Source of the DNA: Candidatus Cloacimonadales bacterium
Lineage (GTDB): Bacteria > Cloacimonadota > Cloacimonadia > Cloacimonadales > JAIOQZ01
Assembly: GCA_963665815.1 (NCBI GenBank)
Contig: OY762463.1
Coordinates: 2,560,001-2,624,000 of the forward strand
Reading direction: 5' to 3'
Length of the DNA: 64,000 nt
Position numbers and translations under genes: made by a program. Below are positions 19,416 to 28,616 of the stretch, in pieces. Below the pieces are notes generated by a model. That model worked only from the letters and a program-made list of their open reading frames with translations. It made no database searches and was not told the DNA's origin. Numbering within the stretch: the stretch's first letter is position 1; every line of letters starts with the position of its first letter.

Positions 19416-19501
19416 GGAGAGGTTGGAGAATTGGTACTCCGCTCGCCTGGAACGCGGGTATGCCTTCGGCTATGCAGGTTCGAGTCCTGTCCTCTCCGCC
19501 A
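19416..19501 (+). tRNA. tRNA-Ser(GGA)
   Basis: Acceptor GGAGAGG/CCTCTCC, G73, encoded CCA; anticodon loop CTGGAAC; long variable arm; T-loop TTCGAGT. Confidence 0.93.
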
Positions 19502-19546
19502 TAACCTTTTAAATCCATATATCATCCTCATCTAAACAATGCAATC

Positions 19547-19882
19547 CTAAAATACAGTAAAAAGAACGATTCCAATAATTCCCCTTACAATACTTATTGA
19601 TGAAACGAATATAAAGAACCAGTTGATCTGAGGGAAAAACATGTAAACTATAGCCATTATAACTGCTACAAGCATACTTTCATAGCTGTTTGACTTTTGA
19701 AGAAGAGCCATTTCTCTTTCATCCGGTGTATAGTTTTTCTGAACTGCAGTCATTCCCACAAGGAACGGGATAAAACCAATAACTATTCCGACCATTCCAA
19801 ATTTGATGCAGGCAAAATACGTTACTACTCCTGCCAAAAACTGTATTGCAAACATAAATACATAGTTTCCTTTTAATTTCAT
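19547..19882 (-). CDS. Small four-TM membrane protein (DUF2178-like DERE motif)
   Basis: Hydrophobic helices, PDEREM; ATGA overlap with upstream HTH gene. Confidence 0.7.
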   Translation of the reverse strand: MKLKGNYVFMFAIQFLAGVVTYFACIKFGMVGIVIGFIPFLVGMTAVQKNYTPDEREMALLQKSNSYESMLVAVIMAIVYMFFPQINWFFIFVSSISIVRGIIGIVLFTVF

Positions 19883-20088
19883 TTTTCCTCCTTAATTAAT
19901 GTGAATATTTCTTCCACCTTTGTTTCGAATACTTCAGCTAGCTTTAAGGCAGTTATAACAGATGGCACAAATTTACCTTTCTCAATTGAATGTATTGTCT
20001 GACGACTCATTTCAACGGCTTTGCCAAGTTCTTCCTGAGTTAAATCAAATTTGGCTCTCCAAATTTTCAGACTGTTATTTATTTTCAT
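19879..20088 (-). CDS. XRE-family HTH transcriptional regulator
   Basis: LTQEELGKAVEMSRQTIHSIEKGKFVPSVITALKLAEVF. Confidence 0.92.
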   Translation of the reverse strand: MKINNSLKIWRAKFDLTQEELGKAVEMSRQTIHSIEKGKFVPSVITALKLAEVFETKVEEIFTLIKEEK

Positions 20089-20237
20089 GTTCACCTCTGA
20101 CTACAGAGTTTATTATAATATTCTTTTTGTCAAGTATACTTTACATTTTTATAATTATAATTGTCATATTTAGACTATTTTCAATGAAATTGAAGTGTAA
20201 TAATTCTGGAGATTTCTAGTTTAAAAATGGTGTATCA

Positions 20238-20264
20238 TTAAGACAAACGGCCGTTTGTCGCTGC
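20238..20264 (-). repeat. Degenerate GTAG-type REP palindrome
   Basis: Perfect palindrome GACAAACGGCCGTTTGTC (20242-20259); aligns with the REP at 61345-61371. Confidence 0.6.
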
Positions 20265-20396
20265 GAGATTGGCTGAGACCTAATTAATAGACTTTTACTT
20301 AAAAGGATCAGTTGACTCGATACTTCTTTAACAAATTCTGTATGATTTTACTGTTATGCAAAGCACTGATACTTAAGATCAAAACTAAGCAGAAGG

Positions 20397-20807
20397 TTAC
20401 AATTCCCATCCTCTGGCGTTTTTTTCTGAATTCTGATGTCTCTTCATACTTTTTTTGTACTCTGGAGAGACCATTCTTTTTTTCTGCAAGATATTTACTT
20501 CTTTTGTTATAGTATTGAGAATAATTTGTATCTCACATAAATTCTGAGCTTTATTAGAATTGTTTACATTACCGGATATATTAGAAAGTTCATTATATTG
20601 TTTTGTTCCTGCATTCAGCAAGCAACATGAAGCACAGATAATACCCTTACTTCTATTAGTAACATTATTAACCTGCAAACCTCTGGGTCTGACTGCTCCC
20701 TGATAATTAAATGAAGCATTCGTTAATCCGTTTAAAAGCGTCCTTTTAAGAAACTGGTTTATACCGGGATTCACACACACGCAAAGTTGCGATAACATCA
20801 CTACCAT
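20397..20807 (-). CDS. Hypothetical protein, paralog of 20809-21171
   Basis: GGAGG RBS; shares LSQL.V..NP.I, P.GLQV, G.I.A.C.LL with neighbour. Confidence 0.8.
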   Translation of the reverse strand: MVVMLSQLCVCVNPGINQFLKRTLLNGLTNASFNYQGAVRPRGLQVNNVTNRSKGIICASCCLLNAGTKQYNELSNISGNVNNSNKAQNLCEIQIILNTITKEVNILQKKRMVSPEYKKSMKRHQNSEKNARGWEL

Positions 20808-20808
20808 T

Positions 20809-21171
20809 CTATCCTCCTTGTTCCTCCAATCCTAATCCATAATCCATAGACAACCTGACATCTCCGGCATTAGTATTTACTCTCAAATGAACTCCTGCCA
20901 GTTTATAAGCATCTTCAAATTGTTGAATTGATACATTACCTGATGCAATTGACTGGCATTCCTGCATGCTGATACTTAACAACGAACAGACAGCATAAAT
21001 AACACCATTTCCTTCATGTGATATGTAATCCACCTGTAATCCCTTAGGCTGAGAATGACCTTTAAATTCAAATGATGTGCTTCCTTTAACATTATTAAAC
21101 AGTGCTCTCTGTAGATGTTCCTCAATATCAGGATTAGTCCATACACTTAATTGTGATAGAGTTAACTGCAT
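20809..21171 (-). CDS. Hypothetical protein, paralog of 20397-20807
   Basis: AAGGAG RBS before MQLTLSQL; same conserved motifs. Confidence 0.8.
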   Translation of the reverse strand: MQLTLSQLSVWTNPDIEEHLQRALFNNVKGSTSFEFKGHSQPKGLQVDYISHEGNGVIYAVCSLLSISMQECQSIASGNVSIQQFEDAYKLAGVHLRVNTNAGDVRLSMDYGLGLEEQGG

Positions 21172-21535
21172 CACAAACTCCTTGAATAAAATATCCAGAA
21201 AAATCAAATACTCTTTTTTTTACACAGATATACAATACATTGAATTATCAATTATACATCAATAATTAAAACCTTTGTTACAATGTCAATTAAAAAAAAA
21301 CTTATTGAGTAATTTTCATTTAGAAACAGATTTGAATATATATTCAATAAACTTATTTTTTTGTCATGTCTCTGCTTTTAATACATCAAGATAATTCTCA
21401 TTTATTCGATATAGATAATGTCTGAATGTTTTCATTGACTATTAATCATGGTCGTCTAAAATATTTGACACAAAACTCGGCATAATATGAATGTTTATTA
21501 TTACCTTGAATTTTAGATTTGAATGGAGATAAATA

Positions 21536-24500
21536 ATGCTCAACAGCCTCAAATGGATGATGATAAAGAATGATCCTGATAAAATGTATAACACTTATTT
21601 TGATAATCCGGGAATGAAGGATCAGATTATTGAGAGATTGTTTGAACTGAACAGCCTGAAAGATCTTATAAATATTTCCATGAAGGATCCGGCTCACAGA
21701 ACTGAAATTCTGACCAGATTACATGAAGATAAACAACTTGATATCTACCATTATCGCGAAATACTCAAGTGGCTTCAACAATCAGTACTGCAAAGCAAAA
21801 TGATCCAGTATATCAGTAAAAACTTTAAAAGAAGAGAAATTAATAACCTACTGAATACCAAAGATATACCTCGACCAGTCAAGAATAAAATTGCTATTTT
21901 GAGCGGAATCCAGCAGAAATCAACAAGTAAGACCAAACCTGATAATGAAGATTATATAAAACTGAAAATACTGATTGAAGAAAACGATATTGCATTACAG
22001 GAATCATCTGGCAAAGAAAAAGTAGAAAACGAATCAACATCATCAGAGAGTGCAATTATTGCAGAGTTTATTGAGAAAAGAAAAACTTTCGGTCAACAGG
22101 AAGAGTTTGATTATCTGAAAAATATAATTATAGAATGTAAGAAAAAAAATTCATATAATGTGGATTTTATACTCTGCCTGATTAATCTCTCCAAACTGTC
22201 TTCTGCTAAAAAAATAGATATTGTTCGAGAGGTTGAGTGCGAAGAACTGATCGACCCTAAAGCATTCCAAATTATCAGCGACAGTTCCGAACTGCCATTT
22301 TCCATATTCAGATCTTTATTCTCTTTAACGACAATAAATGAATGGATTGCGACTTTTTTGAGAACTCATTATGATTCTGATTTGTTTTATCTGTATTCAA
22401 ACTATAAGGCATTCAGCTGGCTTTCTTCATTTCTGCATAATATTGAAATAGCAGAAAGTATTGATATTAATACATCTGACGTGAAATACTATCTAAGATC
22501 TGAGTTCGGATACTGGCTTTATGATCTGATTCCAAATCAGGATCTTCTAAAAAAACTGAAAGAATCCTGCCATCAACTGCAAAACTACATTGATCTGAAT
22601 ATTCACAATGAAAGTTTCGATATAGAGTTTTTCCTGAAACCTTTCCTTCTTATTGGCGGGGACGACAATATAAATTATATCGCATCACTTCTTAATAGAA
22701 GAGTAGTCGAAAGTACTCAGAATACAATTCGTCAAATTGAGTCTAACTACCTGATGCTGAAGACAAAAATTGATAATCCGGATGAACTTCAGAAACTGAT
22801 TGATAATGAAATTGTTGAGAAAGCAAACCTTATATCCAAACGCTCTTATCTGAGTGTTGCAAATCTGTTTTTCAAGACTTTTTCGGATGTAAAGAACCTG
22901 TATCCATCAGTAAAAAAAATACTTACCAATAATCTGCCTGATCTAAGCAAATATAAACACATGATCAGCAATCCTGAAGTTAAAATTATGATCTGCAAGT
23001 TTATAGGGTTTCTTAAACTTACCGATTATAAGAGTCTTCTTCAGGAATTTCTCGGTAGCAGTGACTACAGAGTATCCCTACAGGCAGCTATATCACTTGA
23101 ATGTATAAGTGATGCAAGTGTAAAGAAAGTACTTCAGGAGTTATCACAATCGCCAAACTATGTAATTCGTGCTAAGCTGGCTGAATCATTACAGTATCTT
23201 CAGAATAAACCGGATGATAAAATACTTTTTAAACTTGCCCAGGATAAGAACCTTGAGGTATGTAAGAATGCAATAAATACAATAAAAATGCTTCCTGTTG
23301 ACACTGCACTGAAGTATTTTGAGAAAATAATACCTAATACATATTATAAGAACAAACCATTCTTAAGTAAAGCCCTGGGAGAAATTGCTACAATTGATGT
23401 TCTACCGCTTCTTGTTGAGCTTGTCAGACACGCAGATAATGATGATTATCAAGCTATTATAAATGCAATATCCAACATTGACCATGATCTGAGTGAAGAA
23501 TTTCTCGGTTTGTTAAAGCTTAATGGAAATCATCATCTTGAGCTGGAAAGGGCAAAAGCCTTGATTAAGCTTGGTAGTACAAAAGCCTGGGGACAAATTG
23601 ACAAATACATGTCATTTAATTCTCCTAAAATAGCTACCGAAGCAAAAATATTCTTTCTTCAGCAAAGTTATGGGGAAAATCTTGATACATACAGAAAACT
23701 GACATTCGATAACTCTCCTATTATTGCTACTCTGGCAACAGGAAAACTGTTCATTTACGATGAAGAAGCCGGTTGGGAAGCTATAGAAAGACTTAGAAAT
23801 ATGGATAATCCCGATAAAAAGTATCTTCTCGCACATCTGTTTGCACATCTTCCGTTTGCAAAAATCAAAAAAACACTATACACAATCAGTCAAACAGGGG
23901 ATTATTCTACAAAAATAATATCAGCAATTATTTTCTACAAAAATGGAGTTCCAAATCATCTTCAGAATATTGAGAATGCTATATTAAGTCTTTCTTCCAA
24001 AGAACACCTGGAATTAATTAAGGGAATCAGAGAATTTCCTAATAAATACTGCATGTCTATCATTCGAAAGATTGCAATATTCCAGAACCCTGAAACATTC
24101 GAAAAAGCGTTGAATCTTCTTGAAAACCTGCCTGCTGATGAGGCACTGGAAATAGTGAAATTTCTGTGGAATAAAGCTAATATAAATTCCAAAGTATCAA
24201 TTGTCAAAATATGCTCGAGAATTAAAAGCAATCAGTTCATCCATTTCCTTAAATCAAACATATCTAATCAGTCACTCGAACTTACATCAGAACTTGCCTA
24301 TGCACTTATATGTCAGGGGGATGACTCAGGATGGAATATATTAAACAATCTGCTGCATACTAACCAGGAAATGCCTTTGATGATCGTTCTCGAAAGAGTT
24401 GCGAGAATTAACTCCCAGCAATCATTCACAATACTCACTAATCTTCTGTCTAATACAAGTGAAAATGTGCAGTCATTTATTATAAAATCACTTGGAACGA

Positions 24501-25459
24501 TGAAAATGCGTGAGGCGTTACCGGTACTTGAAAAATATTCCCGGTCTTTTTCAAATAAAGTAAAGATATCAGTAGCAAAATCTTTAGGTGAAATGAATAC
24601 ACCGGAATCTTATACGATTCTGAAATCACTGTCAAATGATAAGGATGAATATGTAAAAGTTGCCGCAGAAATTGGATTGCAGAAGATGGAAAAAGGTGTT
24701 GTATCTGATCTCACAAATTATTTCAATATTTTCCAGTCAATATTCAAAATGAGAGACTGGAAGTTATCACCTGACTGGTTTACAAAGAGTTATATCAATT
24801 TCGTAAATTTCTATGATAAGTATGAATCAAAAGATATCATGCTGTTTGATAAAGCATCTATCCTGGATGATATGGAAATGCAGAGAAGAAAGAAGAAGAT
24901 ACAGACTGACTTGAACAGAAAATTGATCGGCAGCACAAATGTTGACGAAATTATGAAAGCAAAAGAAAAAGCTGCTCTGGAAGAGAATTCCATTTCTACA
25001 AAAGGATCTCTTATAAAATCCATGCTGCAGTTAAACAGCTATAAAATCAAACCGGAAGTCTGGAATATCATTAATTCAGCTGTAAAATCCAATGATTCAC
25101 AAGTATTGAAAGCCGTTCTCCTTCTGTCTGTTAACTCCAGAGATAAGAAATGGCATAATGCACTGAAAATTATTTCTGAGAAAGTAGATCATGACCATCT
25201 GATTGATCTTCTCATATATTCTATTTTCAAGAAGAAATCAGGTCTGTTTCTGCCAATTATCATCACTATGCTGAATAAAGAAAGAGCCAGATACTATTTT
25301 CTTTATTTGTATAATCATTATCTGTTGTATTCAAATGAAATTGCTGTTACTCATTTGCGTGAAGCAAGAAAAACAGCTCAAACACTCAATGCTCCACCAC
25401 AAATTAAAGAAGCATTAAAACATATTCTGAATTCACTTGTTGAGCTGAAATTATCATAA
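21536..25459 (+). CDS. Large HEAT-repeat (PBS-lyase-like) protein
   Basis: Repeats such as LGSSDYRVSLQAAISL, SPNYVIRAKLAESL, DKDEYVKVAAEIGL; GGAG RBS. Confidence 0.8.
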   Translation: MLNSLKWMMIKNDPDKMYNTYFDNPGMKDQIIERLFELNSLKDLINISMKDPAHRTEILTRLHEDKQLDIYHYREILKWLQQSVLQSKMIQYISKNFKRREINNLLNTKDIPRPVKNKIAILSGIQQKSTSKTKPDNEDYIKLKILIEENDIALQESSGKEKVENESTSSESAIIAEFIEKRKTFGQQEEFDYLKNIIIECKKKNSYNVDFILCLINLSKLSSAKKIDIVREVECEELIDPKAFQIISDSSELPFSIFRSLFSLTTINEWIATFLRTHYDSDLFYLYSNYKAFSWLSSFLHNIEIAESIDINTSDVKYYLRSEFGYWLYDLIPNQDLLKKLKESCHQLQNYIDLNIHNESFDIEFFLKPFLLIGGDDNINYIASLLNRRVVESTQNTIRQIESNYLMLKTKIDNPDELQKLIDNEIVEKANLISKRSYLSVANLFFKTFSDVKNLYPSVKKILTNNLPDLSKYKHMISNPEVKIMICKFIGFLKLTDYKSLLQEFLGSSDYRVSLQAAISLECISDASVKKVLQELSQSPNYVIRAKLAESLQYLQNKPDDKILFKLAQDKNLEVCKNAINTIKMLPVDTALKYFEKIIPNTYYKNKPFLSKALGEIATIDVLPLLVELVRHADNDDYQAIINAISNIDHDLSEEFLGLLKLNGNHHLELERAKALIKLGSTKAWGQIDKYMSFNSPKIATEAKIFFLQQSYGENLDTYRKLTFDNSPIIATLATGKLFIYDEEAGWEAIERLRNMDNPDKKYLLAHLFAHLPFAKIKKTLYTISQTGDYSTKIISAIIFYKNGVPNHLQNIENAILSLSSKEHLELIKGIREFPNKYCMSIIRKIAIFQNPETFEKALNLLENLPADEALEIVKFLWNKANINSKVSIVKICSRIKSNQFIHFLKSNISNQSLELTSELAYALICQGDDSGWNILNNLLHTNQEMPLMIVLERVARINSQQSFTILTNLLSNTSENVQSFIIKSLGTMKMREALPVLEKYSRSFSNKVKISVAKSLGEMNTPESYTILKSLSNDKDEYVKVAAEIGLQKMEKGVVSDLTNYFNIFQSIFKMRDWKLSPDWFTKSYINFVNFYDKYESKDIMLFDKASILDDMEMQRRKKKIQTDLNRKLIGSTNVDEIMKAKEKAALEENSISTKGSLIKSMLQLNSYKIKPEVWNIINSAVKSNDSQVLKAVLLLSVNSRDKKWHNALKIISEKVDHDHLIDLLIYSIFKKKSGLFLPIIITMLNKERARYYFLYLYNHYLLYSNEIAVTHLREARKTAQTLNAPPQIKEALKHILNSLVELKLS

Positions 25460-25462
25460 AAG

Positions 25463-25511
25463 AAAAGCCTGAAGACTTAGTCAACAGGCTCAGGCTGTAC
25501 ACTAACAGCCT
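25463..25511. terminator. Two hairpins between convergent genes
   Basis: AAAAGCCTG..CAGGCT and AGGCTGT..ACAGCCT. Confidence 0.5.
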
Positions 25512-25586
25512 CCTAAAAAAACTTATGCAAAAAACCTCTGCATTAACAGTATAAATTTACACTATAATACAGGGTTCTTAGAAATA

Positions 25587-26690
25587 TTAATATAAATTTA
25601 TCATTTCTGCAACTTTTTCTGCAATTGCAAGAGATGCTGTAAGGCCCGGAGACTCTATTCCCATCAAGTTTATGAAGTTCTTTAATCCTCTGTCAGACTC
25701 TTCCTTAATATAGAAATCTCTGAATTTTACATCCTTTGTATGAAGCTTAGGTCTTACTCCAACATCATCCGGGTGTAACTGCTCCTTGTCCACTGTCAAG
25801 TACTGGTTTATTGCTTTCCAGAACTCTTCTTTATAGGTCTCATCCATTTTATAATCTACTGAATCAACATAATATGCGTTTGGACCAAATCTTATCTCGT
25901 TATTAAGATTTATAGTAAGATGAATTCCAAGAAATACTCCTGCAGGATCAGGTAAAGGATAAACCAGACGGTTAACATCTGCAAACGCATTGGTTTTGTA
26001 ATATTCCCCCTTACACCAGTAAATTTTCAAGTTATCAGCTTCAGTATCAATGCCCAGCATCTTCGAAATACTCTCACAATATAGACCTGCACTGTTAATA
26101 AGATACTTGACTCTGAAAACTTCACCATTTTCAAACTTCACAATGTATTTATCATCTTCTTTGATAATCTCTGTGACTTTCATATCATAGACAACAAAGC
26201 CGTCATTTTCTTCGAAATTCTCTACAAGAGACTCCATATACTTATGAGTATCCAATATACCGGTAGAAGGAACATATAATCCTTCAGAAGCAATAATTCT
26301 CGGCTCAAGCTCAGAAATCTCTTCCTTATCAATCAGTCGAAGCCCTTCAACTCCGTTATTAACACCATTCTCCATCAGTTCAGACAGTTTAACTCTGTCC
26401 TCTTCACCATTACCAACAACTATCTTTGTACATTTTCTATATGGTACTTCATATTGCTCACAATAATCATATAGAAGCTCATTCCCCCTGACACAAAGTT
26501 CAGCTTTGTATGAATTCTGCTTGTAGTATATACCAGAATGAATCACCTCACTGTTTCGACTGCTTGTATGCCTTCCGAATGAGTTCTCCATCTCAACAAC
26601 TACGACATCATCCATTTTCCTGGAAATTTCATATCCTACTGCCAATCCGACAGCACCTGCTCCAATAATCAGAACATTAACATCTTCCAT
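25587..26690 (-). CDS. FAD-dependent oxidoreductase, L-2-hydroxyglutarate oxidase (LhgO)-like
   Basis: IIGAGAVG, TSSRNSEVIHSGIYY, KGEYY, GIESPGLTASLAIA. Confidence 0.88.
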   Translation of the reverse strand: MEDVNVLIIGAGAVGLAVGYEISRKMDDVVVVEMENSFGRHTSSRNSEVIHSGIYYKQNSYKAELCVRGNELLYDYCEQYEVPYRKCTKIVVGNGEEDRVKLSELMENGVNNGVEGLRLIDKEEISELEPRIIASEGLYVPSTGILDTHKYMESLVENFEENDGFVVYDMKVTEIIKEDDKYIVKFENGEVFRVKYLINSAGLYCESISKMLGIDTEADNLKIYWCKGEYYKTNAFADVNRLVYPLPDPAGVFLGIHLTINLNNEIRFGPNAYYVDSVDYKMDETYKEEFWKAINQYLTVDKEQLHPDDVGVRPKLHTKDVKFRDFYIKEESDRGLKNFINLMGIESPGLTASLAIAEKVAEMINLY

Positions 26691-26691
26691 T

Positions 26692-27540
26692 TTATGCTCC
26701 TAAATTCATATTGTCGATAAGTCTGGTGTTACCATATCTTACAGCAATTACCACTCTTTCCTTACCGGTGGCAATTTTTACAGGACTAAGGTTGTTTTTG
26801 TCTATTATTTTTATATATTCTACCTTTCCATCATGTTCTGAGATCAGATTTTCCATTTTAAAAGCAATATCCTCAGTTGTCTTAATTCCTTCAGAATAAA
26901 GTTTTTGTGCAAACTTGAGACTCTTATATAATACAACAGCTCTTTCTCTCTCTTTTTTACTGAGATATTTGTTTCTGGAACTCATTGCCAGACCATCTTC
27001 TTCTCTGATTATAGGACAACCAACAACATTCACCTTCCAGAACATATCCTTGACCATTTTTTTAATTATTAACAATTGCTGATAATCTTTTTCACCCATA
27101 TACATGTTATCTGCTTCAGTAATATTTATGAGTTTGGCAACAACAGTAGTCACACCCTTAAAGTGATCTGGCCTTGTTACACCGCAAAGCAAAGAAGATA
27201 GTTTATTTACATAAACATTTGTTAAATCATTAGAAGAATACATCTCACCTGCATCAGGAGCAAAGACATAATCTGTTTCAAGTTCATTCAGCAGATCGAT
27301 ATCGCGCTTAAGATCTCTGGGATAGGAATCAAGGTCTTCATTTTCTCCAAACTGAGTCGGATTGACAAAAATACTGACTATAGTTGCATCATTGTTACTG
27401 ATTGATTCTTTCACAAGACTAATATGTCCATCATGCAGAAATCCCATTGTTGGCACAAAACCAATTGATTTGCCTTCAGAATGTAATGTCATACTTGTTT
27501 TTCTGACTTCATTCACTGTTCTGAGAAGTTTCAGGGCCAT
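26692..27540 (-). CDS. panC: Pantoate--beta-alanine ligase
   Basis: FVPTMGFLHDGH, SIFVNPTQF, GEKDYQQ, LAMSSRN, RLIDN. Confidence 0.97.
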   Translation of the reverse strand: MALKLLRTVNEVRKTSMTLHSEGKSIGFVPTMGFLHDGHISLVKESISNNDATIVSIFVNPTQFGENEDLDSYPRDLKRDIDLLNELETDYVFAPDAGEMYSSNDLTNVYVNKLSSLLCGVTRPDHFKGVTTVVAKLINITEADNMYMGEKDYQQLLIIKKMVKDMFWKVNVVGCPIIREEDGLAMSSRNKYLSKKERERAVVLYKSLKFAQKLYSEGIKTTEDIAFKMENLISEHDGKVEYIKIIDKNNLSPVKIATGKERVVIAVRYGNTRLIDNMNLGA

Positions 27541-27554
27541 AATTTACCTCATTA

Positions 27555-27920
27555 TTAACCGGAAATTTTCTTGATATCCTTGTTTTCTTCATCTTCAACC
27601 ACAACAATCTGCGGAATAAGATTTTTTACTTCTTCATCATTCAGCATTGCATAAGCTACAATAATAACTTTGTCATGAATACTGGCAAGTCTTGCTGCAG
27701 CTCCATTAATACCAATAATACCACTTCCTCTTTCGCCTTTTATTACGTAAGTAGAGAATCTGTGTCCATTTGAGATATTATAAATATATACTCTTTGATT
27801 CTCCAGAATACCTGTCTGCAGCATCATTTCTTCGTCTATTGTAATACTACCGACATAATCAGGATCTCTCTGTGTCACCCTTGCCCTGTGTATCTTAGCT
27901 ATCATAAAATCTCTCAACAT
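27555..27920 (-). CDS. panD: Aspartate 1-decarboxylase
   Basis: AKIHRARVT..YVGSITID, NGAAARL; start MLRDFM at 27920 with GGAG RBS. Confidence 0.97.
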   Translation of the reverse strand: MLRDFMIAKIHRARVTQRDPDYVGSITIDEEMMLQTGILENQRVYIYNISNGHRFSTYVIKGERGSGIIGINGAAARLASIHDKVIIVAYAMLNDEEVKNLIPQIVVVEDEENKDIKKISG

Positions 27921-28014
27921 GTTAACTCCTTTTTGTATTGAGGCAATTTCCGGAGACAAAAAAATATTGTCAATTTTTGTCATAAATATTATATGTACAC
28001 ATTGGAGGTAAAAA

Positions 28015-28452
28015 ATGAGAAAAACTAAATATTTGGTTCTATTTCTATTATTTTTCTCTTTTTCTGCTTTATCATCATTTACTGTGCTTATATCCGGAGA
28101 ACACAGTAAATTCAAAGATTGCATCAGAGAAAGTTTAATCAAAACGTTAAATGAAAAAAATATTATGTTTGAAGAAATCGATCTTAAGAAACTTAGAAAG
28201 ACGGATATCTCAAAGTATGATGCCTATATTCTTTTTGCTACCTGTAGGGCCTGGAACATTACAAAAAAAGTAAGAAAATTTATTGATAGAATTCCTGCTG
28301 AAAAGCATAGTAAAATACTTGTCTACTCAACAGCAGGAGACCCTGACTGGAAATATAAAGATGAAACTATTAATAATATATCTTCAGCCTCTAAGAAAGT
28401 TGATTTAAACAGCAAAATTGATAAAATAAAAGAATTTTTGAATACACTATAA
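28015..28452 (+). CDS. Exported flavodoxin-fold-like hypothetical protein
   Basis: GGAGG RBS, signal peptide, YDAYILFATCRAW pattern. Confidence 0.6.
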   Translation: MRKTKYLVLFLLFFSFSALSSFTVLISGEHSKFKDCIRESLIKTLNEKNIMFEEIDLKKLRKTDISKYDAYILFATCRAWNITKKVRKFIDRIPAEKHSKILVYSTAGDPDWKYKDETINNISSASKKVDLNSKIDKIKEFLNTL

Positions 28453-28521
28453 AGATATTAAGTGATTCAATACTCTATATCTTTTGACCTTTCAAATTCA
28501 TAATGCAGTAATTTTACCTAT

Positions 28522-28537
28522 AGTTTCACGTGAAACA
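28522..28537. promoter_or_regulatory. parS site
   Basis: AGTTTCACGTGAAACA, 15/16 match to TGTTTCACGTGAAACA; about 11 kb from oriC. Confidence 0.85.
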
Positions 28538-28539
28538 GC

Positions 28540-28570
28540 AAAAGCCTGCTGGTACTCAGCAGGCTTTTTT
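28540..28570. terminator. Bidirectional intrinsic terminator
   Basis: AAAAGCCTGCTG-loop-CAGCAGGCTTTTTT between convergent genes. Confidence 0.85.
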
Positions 28571-28616
28571 TATAATCTATTACTATTTAAAAAATCAACT
28601 CAAAAGCTCATATTAT

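Noticed and set aside
19416-25459. Integrated island or prophage at tRNA-Ser
   Set aside because: No integrase and no duplicated tRNA 3' end found by eye
27921-28142. N-terminal extension of the 195-aa panD ORF
   Set aside because: Overlaps the divergent gene 28015-28452; PanD homology and RBS begin at 27920
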